Shown here in pieces: positions 44,981 through 57,974 of a DNA stretch of 64,000 nt. The DNA is taken from NCBI GenBank assembly GCA_964016885.1, contig OZ024741.1:52762001-52826000 (forward strand). Reading direction: 5' to 3'. Each line of letters starts with the position of its first letter. Position 1 is the first letter of the stretch. The stretch comes from Eledone cirrhosa (Eukaryota). Below the pieces are notes generated by a model that had not been told where the DNA came from, did no database searches, and worked only from the letters and a program-made list of their open reading frames with translations. Position numbers and translations under genes: made by a program.

Positions 44981-46377
44981 CCTTCGACCCCCCCCCCACA
45001 TATCCCCCACTAACACCACTAATACCCCCCTCATTTTCACCGCCCACCCCACAACTAACAATACTAACACCTCCACTCCACCCCTCATCCGACCACCCTT
45101 CCCCAACTAACATACTAACATCCCTCCCTTCTTCTCCTCCTCCTCCTTATCACACGCACACACCCACTGGCACATATATACACGCGCTCACACTAAACAC
45201 ACACCCTACTACCACCACTAACCCTCACTCCCACACATCCATCCCACCATCCCGCAACTAACATCACTAACACCCCCTGACCTCAAGCACACGAACACAC
45301 GCACCCACTTACACCACCCACCCTACACGCAACTAACATCACTAACACCCCACAACCCCATGCACACGTACACACACACCCTCTTACACCACCAACTCTA
45401 CACACCCTATCACCACTAACCCCCACTCACACCCGCATTCAACCCTTTCTCCACCTCCCGTATACTAACACCCACTAACACCCCTTCATCAAACTACACA
45501 CACACCAGTACATCACACTCCCTCCATCGACCGCCACACCCTTCTCTCCCCGCTCCACCCACACCCTTTCTCAAACACTCACTCATCCCACTAACACCTC
45601 TACTAATACCCCCCCCCTCCTCACTCCAACTTTCACACCTACCCATCCTCGCCCCTTTACCATTCCACCCTACTGCTGCTATGCCCTCTGACCACCTCCC
45701 AGCACACACAGACACACAGCACTCCTACTGCCTTGACCACTTCCTGTTGCGCGCGCACCCCACATCTCCCCTCTTTCGACCATCTCTTCACGGATTACTC
45801 GTATGTGGACCTTGACCGCGGAATCAACTACCATCCTAGGATTTTACCAACCTTTCCACAACATCTTCTTACGGAATCACCTTTTTGACTCACCCACACA
45901 CACTCCCAAAACAATTTTTTTTCCCACACGCCACCTATACCACAACACGCTTAAACCCCACATACACGTGCGTTCCACCACATATTTACACATTCAGCCT
46001 CCGGATTCCTCTCCCCCCACCTCACTATCCACACACGCACACACAATCCGACCTACACCCCACCCCACACACACCTCTTCCTGAACATGCAACCCCGTTC
46101 TTCCCCAAACCCTTGCTTTCACATACACACACACACGTACACCTACACACACACACCACCTTCAGCCCTCCCCGCTCGGACAACCCGTCTCCCTCTCCCC
46201 ACTCCACCCGCCACCACCCCTACACGCCCCACACCCGTCCACCACCTGTTTCACCCCATTTTGATCATGCTTTTATTTTTAATTTCATTCGCACCGTTTC
46301 CTCCCACCCCCTTTTCGCTATATGTCTCTCCACCACTCCCCTACACACCCTTTGAACTCTCTTCCCACACACTTTAC

Positions 46378-46409
46378 ACCTGAAGAAGGGCTTATGCCCG
46401 AAACGTCGT
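46378..46409 (+). ncRNA. Minimal type I hammerhead ribozyme
   Basis: AC-CTGAAGA-A-GGG(cttatg)CCC-GAAAC-GTC-GT, the typical PLE-associated minimal form. Confidence 0.8.
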
Positions 46410-46496
46410 TCCCCACCACCACCCCACTCTCAAGAGCGTGAAATTAATAAACATTCGTTGTACTGCCTCTCTGTTTTGTTCCTGTTCAAAGTCTCC

Positions 46497-46529
<33 letters not shown>

Positions 46530-46535
<6 letters not shown>

Positions 46536-47920
46536 AAGATGAATATAAAATGAAAGTGCTTTTTTTTAAAAAAGGAATTTATTAGGTATTGACATATGTT
46601 TCTGTAACAGACGGAATACCTATGTATCGCTGCTTGCGTAATCATATAATGTTAGCATGTATTCGATAGCAAATGTATAATCAGTTGTCACTTCTTCAGA
46701 GATATTGGATAAATTGGAAAAAAATCATAAAAATTGAAGTATTTATATTAGTTGTAATAAAGGAAGAAGATAAGGGATAGTATATGACAGATGGCAATTC
46801 AATTTACTGGTAAACAAGTATATAAAGGGTTTCTAATGAGAATACAATGAGTATATGTTTATTTTATCTAAATCAGAATTTTTGGGAGTGCCTATTTTAA
46901 TCTATACTTGACCAATTGAACAATGGACAGGGCTGGTCGTTTGGTGTAGTAGTATTAATTATAAAGTGTCAATTAAGGAAGAGGGAGATTTTTCACTGCT
47001 ACTGAATAACAACAATGCTGGTAGCCTGCTGGTATATGCATTGGGAATTGAATTAAGAAATCTCATTTTATCTATAGCAGTTTATATTAAATGGTAAAGA
47101 ATAGAAGAGTTGATAGAATTAAGACTAATAGAGAATGTTAATATGTATTTTGACAATCAAACGGAGATGGAGACAGGCGTTCAATCCTGGTAGTGTTTGT
47201 AATATGAAAATGTAGATTTTAAGCGATGGTTACAGTATAACGATCGCTCTATTCTGTTATTTAATAAAATATTTTTCGATTTCATAATACAAAATAATTA
47301 TATATTACACAATTTACAAAATTCCTGTCCGTGGGAATATGGAGGGGCAGCTGCTATTATATACCATTTTTAGGTTACGCAGCTGCCAAGCCTTGTCTGC
47401 GAGTGTTGTTACATAACGCTGGTTTTCATGTTTTATCGAGTAACGATGTCTATAAAGGCGAGATTTGAAGGATGTGGCTGTAGACCCCAGATAGTACCAC
47501 TTCTGGCTATCCGATTCGATAGCACATTTGTATATGATGTTGCGTTCAAGACACTGATTGTTCAACGGACACATTCCTGGTTGGACACAGTTACAGTTAT
47601 AATTTTGCGTTGTTGTATTGGCATGGATGTGTTGATGAGGTTGCTTAGGTAAGGCGGGATGTTGTTTGTTGTTTCGTGATGTTATAGCTGATGTTTTACG
47701 TGTATTGTTATGTGTTGGAAGGCGTTTATACAACCGTTTTGCGTTAAGCTTTTTTATGTTGTTCAATATTAGGGGCGGTTGAATATGAAAGTCGAATATT
47801 CAAGCACTTTTATTTTATATTCATCTTTTCTACAGTTTCTCCGGAATATAATTTATACTCGTTGAGCAAACCTACACGTACGCTGTTCATCTCTAACGTA
47901 AAGATATATTATCACTACAT
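46530..47920 (-). mobile_element. Penelope-like fragment (GIY-YIG N-part) with pLTR and inverted end
   Basis: ORF 47314-47766: CNC..CPLNNQCLERNIIYKC..YYLGSTATSFKSR; 46531-46561 inverted at about 47802-47832; HHR-like fold with long stem II at about 46586-46705 (CTGAAGA-AGTGACA..TGTTACA-GAAA-CATATG-TC). Confidence 0.75.
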
Positions 47921-47973
47921 TATTGATATATGTATATGTGTTTAGATGTATATATACGTGTATGTGTATATAT

Positions 47974-48056
<83 letters not shown>

Positions 48057-48287
48057 TTAGAAACCCACAGATACATGCGGACACACACATATACATGAAT
48101 GCATCCGCACCCAACCGTGAGTTAAGGGTGCCAACGTCACCGATGTTGCTCAATGAATGACTGGGACAGACCAATCCGGTTGAACTAGACTGAACTAGTA
48201 TCAGAGTTAAAAATACATTATGAAGAGAGAAGAAACATTTAGATATAATTAGTAATAAAATGTATCATACCTAAACTGCTCCTAGAT

Positions 48288-48377
48288 TCCTCGACTACGT
48301 AGTTTCGTGGCATAAACAAAAACAATACATCATAAAGATATAGAGTCCTTGCGAGGTCTGCCGACTTATCAAGAGGA
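48288..48377 (-). ncRNA. Type I hammerhead with U3-A8 core (inverted copy)
   Basis: Reverse complement of 48518-48607. Confidence 0.8.
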
Positions 48378-48517
48378 TACCTCATTTTACTAGTCTCAAG
48401 AACGCGTCTACACGACGTGAGAAAGAATCCCAAAAGGCGTGACTATCTCCCCCTCCGCCTTTTGGGATTCTTTCTCGCGTCGTGTAGATGCGTTCTTAAG
48501 ACTAGTAAAATGAGGTA

Positions 48518-48607
48518 TCCTCTTGATAAGTCGGCAGACCTCGCAAGGACTCTATATCTTTATGATGTATTGTTTTTGTTTATGCCACGAAACTACGTAG
48601 TCGAGGA
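48518..48607 (+). ncRNA. Type I hammerhead with U3-A8 core
   Basis: TCCTC-TTGATAA-GTcGGCA..TGCCAC-GAAA-CTACGTAG-TC-GAGGA; predicted cleavage after C48602. Confidence 0.82.
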
Positions 48608-49110
48608 ATCTAGGAGCAGTTTAGGTATGATACATTTTATTACTAATTATATCTAAATGTTTCTTCTCTCTTCATAATGTATTTTTAACTCTGATACTGG
48701 TTCAGTCTAGTTCAACCGGATTGGTCTGTCCCAGTCATTCATTGAGCAACATCGGTGAAGTTGGCACCCTTAACTCACGGTTGGGTGCGGATGCATTCAT
48801 GTATATGTGTGTGTCCGCATGTATCTGTGTGTTTCTAAATATATTGTTAATAACTCCCTCTGGTCGAGCAACCTTTGAAGTGTGGGGACTGCTGAAAAGC
48901 TTCCATTACTCATACTTCTTGTCTCCTTCACCACCTCTTCTACGGCTTCGATATAAATACCCCCTCCGCCTCCGTGGTATTTTCTTCGGGGTTATAAGAG
49001 GCTTAGCTCTGTTTCTCGACCGTTATATCGCGTGACTATCTCCCCCTCCGCCTTTTGGGATTCTTTCTCACGTCGTGTAGACGCGTTCTTGAGACTAGTA
49101 AAATGAGGTA

Positions 49111-49200
49111 TCCTCTTGATAAGTCGGCAGACCTCGCAAGGACTCTATATCTTTATGATGTATTGTTTTTGTTTATGCCACGAAACTACGTAGTCGAGGA
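49111..49200 (+). ncRNA. Type I hammerhead with U3-A8 core (second tandem copy)
   Basis: Same motif 593 bp downstream. Confidence 0.82.
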
Positions 49201-49331
49201 ATCTAGGAGCAGTTTAGGTATGATACATTTTATTACTAATTATATCTAAATTTTTCTTCTCTCTTCATAATGTATATATATATATATGTATATGTGTTTA
49301 GAAGTATATATATGTGTATATGTATATATAT

Positions 49332-49366
<35 letters not shown>

Positions 49367-49842
49367 GTATATATATATAGTAAGGTGCATTATTGGTTGT
49401 GTCATACGGTTCAATAAATTTTTGTTACCAATATTAAGTTCTCCACGCTTTTGTATATCTCCAATTCCATTTATGGAGATGATGTAAAACGGAGTATTTG
49501 TATCAAAATAAAGATCCGAAGGCATGGTATAAATATGTGTATATATATTTTTTCTTTGACCTCGCGTCGGTGTGTGTGAGTGTGTCTGTACCCACTCACA
49601 TTAACTGTGACCGACTGTAATTCTACAGATTTGATGTCTAGTGTCTTTTACAGCTATCGGGAGATAGAGACATGATAGTTTTATGACCCTAATTGAAGAC
49701 GGTAGCAGTCGCCGTGTTTTGACTGCTTGATCTTCATATGAGGGACTAAACTATGAGTGAACATCGTTAATTTTCTCCCTCGTATCAAGGATTTGAAGAC
49801 AATTCATTTTCATCTGACGAGATCAGTGATAATCGATCATGG

Positions 49843-49899
<57 letters not shown>

Positions 49900-49904
<5 letters not shown>

Positions 49905-50645
49905 GCGAGAATCGCATTTTGACTGGTAGAAAAAGCGAAACGAGACGCAAAATCGTAGAAATGCTGGCAAGCGCTCCAATAGTTAAGAAATCTAGAGCTA
50001 AACAATATGTTTAAACACCATAGAAACTGAAAAACCACCTAAGCCAAAAAACAAATCAAGCTGAACAGGTCAAACAAAATAAATGATAAAAAACAGACCT
50101 GGACCCAAATGGAATTGATGGTAAAATCCAAATGCAGGGTTTCTATGACACCTAAATCAATAATACTGTCTGCTTAAAACTATAAGCTTTTAGCATAAAG
50201 ATTTAACAAGGAATATCACGTTATCAACAGGTATTTTGCTCTGTAACTAACTTTGTGAATGAAACAGAACTTTGTAAAAGCATATGTAACTCACAAGGGG
50301 AAATTCCCCAGATTTTGGCAAATGAAATCAGTATGTGTATATCATACACAAATCGAATAAGCACTCAACCAGGTAGTTTTTAAAATAAACTTATGCAATT
50401 AATAATTGTAAGACTCGCGAGATTAATACAAATATAAATTCAGCGAGAATCGCATTTTGGCTGGTAGAAAAAGCGAAACGAAACGCAAAATCGTAGAAAT
50501 TCTGGCAAGCGCTCCAATAGTTAAGAAAACTAGAGCTAAACAATATGTTAAAACGCCATACAAACTGAAAAAGTCGTCAAGAAGGCATTAACCACCTAAG
50601 CCAAACAATAAATCAAGCTAAACAGGTCAAACAAAATAAATATAA
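49900..50645. repeat. 538-bp tandem unit (1.4 copies) in (TA)n
   Basis: 49901-50085 repeats with divergence at 50439-50640. Confidence 0.75.
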
Positions 50646-50669
50646 ATACATATATATATATATATATAT

Positions 50670-51006
50670 AAATCAGGAAAGAAGATTGACATGGTTTGCT
50701 ATACAAAAAAGGTTTTTAATCTAATTGCTGACAATAGTTTCTCTGAACTAGTAGGTCTAGAGATCGCTATTCGCTTGTTTTCACGTCACTCGATCGCCAA
50801 TACAAAATTATAACCAGTCAGTTCTTCGGAGCTTTCTCGCATGCTCCGAAGACCTGACTGGTTATAATTTTGTATTGGCGATCGAGTAACTTGAAAACAA
50901 GCGAATAGCGATCTCTAGACCTACCAGTTCAGAGAAACTATTGTCAGCAATGAGATTAAAAAGCTTTTTTGTATAGCAAGCCATGTCAATCTTCTTTCCT
51001 GATTTA
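50670..51006. repeat. Fold-back palindrome, about 160-bp arms
   Basis: 50670-50832 is the imperfect reverse complement of 50843-51006; starts at (TA)n. Confidence 0.85.
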
Positions 51007-51347
51007 TTATTATTCCAAGTGTTTACTACATAGGAATTACAGCATACTCGCAACATCACTATGAAAACGCCTTGTTGTGTCAAACCAAGCCAAGCGTTGA
51101 TATCATCCACTACCCGGAATACCATAACTGGACTACACCTAAGTGGACTGCATATAACTATTATTTGTTACCCCGTATATATATATATATATATATATGC
51201 AAAAGTTTTATTTTATTTATTCTTTCTTTCTAACTCTGCTTAACACTAAATATTTATAAACATTTCACTACCAAACCAACTTTTTAAATGGAAGTTGATC
51301 AATATTTATGGTACGTCAAATTTATTTATAAAACTGCTTATATATTG

Positions 51348-51413
51348 TATTTTATCTGAAGAAGGCGTGCCATATTTTTAATATGGTATCCCTGAAATAT
51401 GTATAATGAAATA
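51348..51413 (+). ncRNA. Type I hammerhead ribozyme
   Basis: TATTTTAT-CTGAAGA-AGGcGTGCCATATT(ttt)AATATGGTATcCCT-GAAA-TATGTA-TA-ATGAAATA. Confidence 0.85.
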
Positions 51414-51453
51414 AATATGGTTTTATAAATATATTTTCCATTTGTTTAATATC

Positions 51454-51499
<46 letters not shown>

Positions 51500-52403
51500 C
51501 GGCGGAGGTGTGGTAAAGAACCAGATGGATCATAGCGCACCAGAGTACTCAATACTTAGGGTAGTAGAGTGGGTAAGAGTGGGTAATAGGAAAAAGTTAA
51601 ACTTTTTCCTATATATATATGTATTATATATATGTGTGTGTATATGTATATATATATTATATATATATGTATATGTATATATATATTATATATATATGTA
51701 TATGTATATATATATGTGTTTATATATAGGCACAAGAGTGTGTGTTTTTGCGAATGTTTGGGAGTGGGGGCTTTATACATGTCTGTGTGTGTGGACGTGC
51801 TTGTAGACACCTGACCAAATACATTGTTAGCTTAAGTGAACCTCCCATCCAAATCAACACCCTCTCCTACCACCAGAAAATATATAAATACCACCATATT
51901 ATTTGGACAGCTGCTTTCTGATGATTTCTACCGAATGGAACAGTTCTAGTCTTGTAGAAGCCTTTCTATATTAAATATTTATATTCTGCTATGTATTGAG
52001 TACCTTACTTACTGTGGTTACTCCCGATTGAACCCCGGATAAACTTATATCTATCGATATACTGATTTTTAATGCGATGAAATACCCATGATCGTTTGGT
52101 AAATCAATCACTGATGAGGGACTCATTTTATAACATGTTATCCATGTGCAACCAGCAGTATTCTTCTCACCCATATTTTCACATATATATATATATATAT
52201 ATATAGTATGATTTTTGCATACCACCTACAGAAGCACCATAGCTACCATTATACACACGTATATATATATATATATGGACGGATGGATGGATGGATGTAT
52301 TTATGTATGTACGGAGGTAAAAAGTAAACAGAAATAGTAACGCAAACGACACAGTACATTGAAGAAATAGACAGCTTTACCGCTTGATATAGCAGGAAGA
52401 GGG

Positions 52404-52440
52404 TCTTAAGGTTTCAGACACTAGTACTTCATCAGATGAT
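52404..52440 (-). ncRNA. Degenerate minimal hammerhead, same family as 7822
   Basis: CTGATGA-AG..CT-GAAA-CC-TT-AAGA, followed by the shared CTTCCTGCTATATCAAGCG tail. Confidence 0.55.
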
Positions 52441-52836
52441 AGAGTTAGAAATAGATGATAAAATAGAAAGATAAAGAGTGAGAAGAAAAAGGAACGGGGT
52501 AAAATGAGATTTGTTGGTCAAGAGGTATCTTATGCGTTAGAGAAGTTTAGGAAGGGAGGTAATCAATGTATATATGGGGGTGATATGTGTGTCTTCATGG
52601 GGGCATGTGTGCTCGGGCGTGTAAGGGCTTTTTGTATGTTTGAAGGATGTGCGTGACAGGCTGGCGGCTGTGAGAGTGTGGATGTGTGAGTGAGCGTGCG
52701 CGTGTGAACTGATCAACGTAGGGGTATGTACAAGTATGTATAACAATTTCTACATATATTGGGTCGTCAAGTATGAAATTTGTAGAAGTTTATAGAAAAA
52801 AAACAACGTTCTACAAATTTCATTCTTGACGACCCA

Positions 52837-52875
<39 letters not shown>

Positions 52876-53113
52876 CACACACACGCACACACACACACAC
52901 ACTCACACACATACACACACACACACATAGTAGCAGTGAAGAAGGGCTGTGTAGGAAGGAGGCGGTAGCGAATATGATCGTTGTGTAATATATTTGCATT
53001 TGAGCTCAGAAGAAAATTCTCCATTCTTCTTTGAGCTAATACTATTATTATTATTACAGCGAACTGCGGAATACTCTTAATTCCGATCTTTGTATATATA
53101 TATGTATACATAC

Positions 53114-53189
<76 letters not shown>

Positions 53190-53383
53190 TTAGGTTTGAA
53201 GGTTCACCACTGGATAGAGTTGGTCATTCCGTATGGTCAATCTTGATGTAATAATATGGAGAGTACTCAACGTAAAGCAGCTCAACCGTCTTCGTTTGTG
53301 TAGTTGGTGGTGCGAGTACGGAGTTAATTATTATAATAAAATAACAGGAGGCTGGACTCGTGTAAATCCTTGAAAGGTTTATT

Positions 53384-53441
53384 ATACTATGATCATTTCA
53401 ATGACCGGGTCCCGTATGAATCCGGCGATATCATCAGGTAT
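53384..53441 (-). ncRNA. Type I hammerhead ribozyme
   Basis: ATAC-CTGATGA-..CCGG..CCGG..-GAAA-TGATCA-TA-GTAT. Confidence 0.7.
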
Positions 53442-53576
53442 TCGAAATATAATAAATGAATGTAAAAGATAAAATCCATGGGGCTGAAAATCATAGACCC
53501 GAGGACGACCGACCATCTAGCATCTTCCACTTTAGCCGGTTGCCCTCAAGTGTTGGCTATTCGGTCTACTTAGGGC

Positions 53577-53603
53577 TATCTGATGAGGGGGCGAAAGCTT
53601 ATA
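53577..53603 (+). ncRNA. Ultra-minimal hammerhead motif
   Basis: TAT-CTGATGA-G(gggg)C-GAAA-GC-TT-ATA; 1-bp stem II and palindromic AAGCTT stem III. Confidence 0.6.
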
Positions 53604-53844
53604 ATGTTCTACTAACCTGCCGGTCAAAGAGACAAAAAAAAAAAAGACAGAAAGAAAGAAGAAAAGTCAGCGTTAATGTCATGCTACAATCAGACTAGGA
53701 ATTGCCGCGAAAAATGTTATTCTAAAGAACGTATATCTTAACAGAAGTATATATTATAACAGAGGTATATATAGTGGGTGTCTGCATGGTATAAAGTGTG
53801 AACAGAAAATTGGAACGTTAAATTTTTGTTTAGATTTATAGGAT

Positions 53845-53877
<33 letters not shown>

Positions 53878-53881
53878 TATA

Positions 53882-54542
53882 TGAAAAAGTGAGTCCTTCA
53901 TCAGTGACCCTCCAACCGTCCTAGGCATTTCATCGCTTTAAGGGCCATATACCTCAGGTTGGTGCGAACAACGGCTAAAAAAAGTCGTTGGGACACGTAA
54001 ATAAAGAGAACGTTAGGGTGAACAAACAAAATGGTTTAAGCAACAGAAAGTGAGAAGAAAGAGACAAGTCCCAGATTTCTATGAATATAAACTCGATAAA
54101 ATCGTGAACTAGAGAATAAAGACCATCAGACCTGTCTCTCTCTCTCTCGTCTGTGTCTTCACAGAACTTATGTTTACCGAATTCGCAGACCAGACCCCTT
54201 CTTCTTCCCCCCGTTAGACCTGTGCGAAATTCCTTCCTTGCTCACATTTCAACCAGGTCTGATGGTCTTTATTCTCTAGTTCACGATTTTATCGAGTTTA
54301 TATTCATAGAAATCTGGGACTTGTCTCTTTCTTCTCACTTTCTGTTGCTTAAACCATTTTGTTTGTTCACCCTAACGTTCTCTTTATTTACGTGTCCCAA
54401 CGACTTTTTTTAGCCGTTGTTCGCACCAACCTGAGGTATATGGCCCTTAAAGCGATGAAATGCCTAGGAGGGTTGGAAGGTCACTGATGAAGGACTCACT
54501 TTTTCATATGTAACCCATTTGCAACGCCGCAGCTCCATTATT

Positions 54543-54545
<3 letters not shown>
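53882..54545. repeat. Fold-back copy of the 16990/41559 repeat family
   Basis: 53882-54134 is the reverse complement of about 54254-54507; in (TA)n. Confidence 0.8.
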
Positions 54546-54605
<60 letters not shown>

Positions 54606-55071
54606 GAAGAGAGAGAGAGGTGTCAAAAAATTGAACGGAAGAATCGGAGACGGAAGTGATAAAGGTGAGAGCAAAATGAAAAGACTGGTCGAAAGAAAGA
54701 AAGGAGTCGAGCCGTCGATATAACGACCGTATAGCTCATGACTAGTTCCATTGTATCAGAGAAGATCTGGGCCTTATACCTTAGCTCTCCATTGTAGGAA
54801 TGTAACTTATGGAATGAGTTATGTAATGTCTTAACAGAATATATAACCAATGTGAATGGCAGGTGTAGAAACTAAAGTTAGTCCAGAGACTTATGATACG
54901 CAAATATGTTTACCATATTTCTACTGCTTCCATTACTAATTAACGCATGTGTGCATTCTAAGCTTTATAAGTATTGCGCTTTCTTAGGTTCAGGACATGT
55001 ACCTCATTGAGGGATTAGTGGTCTGACTGGCAGTAGTCAGATATTCTTTCCGATGGGGTCCTGACTCTTTT

Positions 55072-55194
<123 letters not shown>

Positions 55195-55638
55195 GAGAAT
55201 GTCTGTTTGACTCCCTAAAACTTGAGAACCACCCAACCGACTTTTTTCAAACTTTACACATGTAATACTTATGGTCCTGTGAGTGTTTTGAGCAAAGTGA
55301 ATTTCAAATTTTCAATGCCCTAGGGACCGCATTAGGTGATTTAGCGATCTATCTCTATCATTCTTAGTCTTTCTTTTTAGATAGATACATAGATATAACG
55401 TTGCGCCCTTATAATATCTGTCTGTATGTCTGTATGTCTGCATTACGACATTATGACGCTATATGTGTGTGTGTGTATATGCACATATAGTGTGTGTATA
55501 TATATATATAGTGTGTAACGTTTTTCGAAATATTTACTTCTACGTTCACAGATTGATTTTTTTAGTTTCAGAAGATTCCCTTAAGGGTGAAAGCAGCGAT
55601 TCTTCGCTTGAACTTTAATCTGTTATTTTAATTTAAAA

Positions 55639-55695
<57 letters not shown>

Positions 55696-56193
55696 TATAT
55701 TCATGTACAGATATTTTTGCATAACAAAATATAAACAAACGTATCTATTTCACGAGGCTCGACAGCAGCAAAAACAACAACAAAAAAGAGAGGGGACGCA
55801 ATTACATGCTTTTGAAAAATCTTAATGGAAAATTATTTGCCTATTCACCCAAGGCGACTTCTGCTTCGTAGAATCGAGACGTATTTGAGGACCGCGCGAT
55901 TTCAGAGTCAGGTTTGATCACCACATCGATCGTGCCTCGAGCTGGTCGCCCGAGAAACAATTGTAATATCTCCAATGAATTCCTTTCGTCGCAACACTGA
56001 TTCTCTTTTTTCTGCGATATATATATATATATATATAGCAAAGGAATTGTGGTAAGGAACCACATGGACCATAACGCACGAGAGTACTCAATACTTAGTG
56101 TAGTAGAGTGAGAAATAGGAAAAAGTATGACCCTGACGGCAGAGCTCAAGCCGTCGAAACGGCTTGAGCTCTGCCGTCGGGGTCATACTTTTT

Positions 56194-56253
<60 letters not shown>

Positions 56254-56746
56254 CAAATATATTTGATATTTGTATAATTCTATAATACTGAACATATTGT
56301 GCAAGTCCTTCAAAACGAGAAGATTAACAATTTAGACTATGTAAGGACTATAGTAACTGTTCCATACATTAGACCATAAATGAATGCAATTCATGGAATT
56401 CCATTTGAATATTTGCACCACTGTAGCAAAGTCTTCCATACACCCCAAAATATTATTTATATCTTTAGTTCATTGCGATAATCAATTCTAACTTCAACGT
56501 TAATCTGTATGAAGGAACGTTACTCTGTACACACACACACACACATATATATATATGTATATATTATACATGTATATATATATATTATACATGCAAATAT
56601 ACATATATACATACATTATATATATATATATATTTTTCTATACATATATGCATATATATATATACATATATATATGTATGTTTATATATGTATATGTGCA
56701 TACACGCACATATATATATATACACGCATGCATACACACACACACA

Positions 56747-56816
<70 letters not shown>

Positions 56817-57902
56817 CACACATATATATAGATACATGCATTTTGCATGATGTTTTCTCTTCAGATTTTCATTCGATTCGATATTTAAGCACCACACTGG
56901 TATCATGTTATGAATTAAACATGAAGAACAGAAAATAAACAAATAGATGTATTTCTTTTAATATTTTAGTTTTGAGTTATTTTTCCTTCTTTCGGGTAGT
57001 AAATTTAAACATGTTTTAATGGTCTGTGAACAATCTGCCATTAGTTCTGCTTTATAATTAAATTGCCTAAGGGATTAAATATGGACGTTTCATAGCATGA
57101 TGTAAAATATTGCAGATGTTGTGGTTTTTATCGTTGTTACTATTCAAGCGTTTTGTTGTTTTTGTTGTTCCTGCTGTACTTGCTGCAGCTGCTGCTGTTG
57201 CTGCTGGTATCATTGTTATTGTTGGTGTTATTGAATAATATTTTCATGGGCTGTTTTCAATGTCATTAGACAAGTAATTAATTCTCAAATATGTATGTGT
57301 GTTCTAACCAATGAAGAATCCTTTATAAGTTCACATGATCTGCTAGAAACTGTAGCGACATCTTTAAATCAGACTATCCTTCTTTAAAAGAAGGATACTG
57401 CGGTAGATATGAACGACTTTCTCCCCTCCCTCAAAATTGATGGCTTTGTGTCTAAATAAGAGACCATAATTTTCGTTATATAACCACTACAGGTAAGTTT
57501 TTGTCTTGACTAAAACTTAATCATAGACAGTTGATATCTTGTCTAATTAATAAGATGACTCATGGATGAGGGTTGGCCTCTTTACATTACTAATTATCCA
57601 TTTAATTTTGGTATTTGTTCTGTTTTCTCAAGATTCGAAACAGCGCCGTCTAGGACTATATTAACTATATATTGATTTGCAATGTCATGTAAGCAGTATT
57701 TTTAATGTCTGTTTGGTTCTAAGCTATCTATTTGTAAGATATCAAAAACCTTGTAACCATAAGATTATCAGTTATGAGTGTGCTAGGCTTTGGTATTTTC
57801 GCGCGAACTTTGCATTGAGTGGCAATGGTGCAGCGTGTCGATATTTTGTATATTGATATAAATTCATTTACACACACACACACACACATACGCACACACA
57901 CA

Positions 57903-57974
<72 letters not shown>

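Larger units (their letters stand above)
42927..46500 (+). mobile_element. Penelope-like element (Neptune-type), 5'-truncated, with a long C/A-rich pLTR
   Basis: RT and GIY-YIG ORF, about 1.5-kb 3' region ending in an HHR; (TA)n on both sides. Confidence 0.92.
48050..49272 (+). mobile_element. Retrozyme-like 593-bp tandem repeat (1.4 units) with an inverted 5' copy
   Basis: 48438-48680 repeats at 49031-49272; 48050-48438 is the reverse complement of 48456-48845; in (TA)n; same family as 60565-61814. Confidence 0.85.

Noticed and set aside
48239-49249. Repeated 64-104 aa ORFs in the 593/591-bp unit
   Set aside because: No recognisable domain, non-ATG starts, and a 2-bp indel in the 60-kb copies breaks the 64-aa frame while the RNA fold is kept
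51913-51961. Further HHR-like partials (also 15745-15775, 21130-21175, 23225-23245, 49810-49840, 59240-59285)
   Set aside because: Each lacks an intact GAAA, core or stem, so they were not counted, though some may be decayed ribozymes
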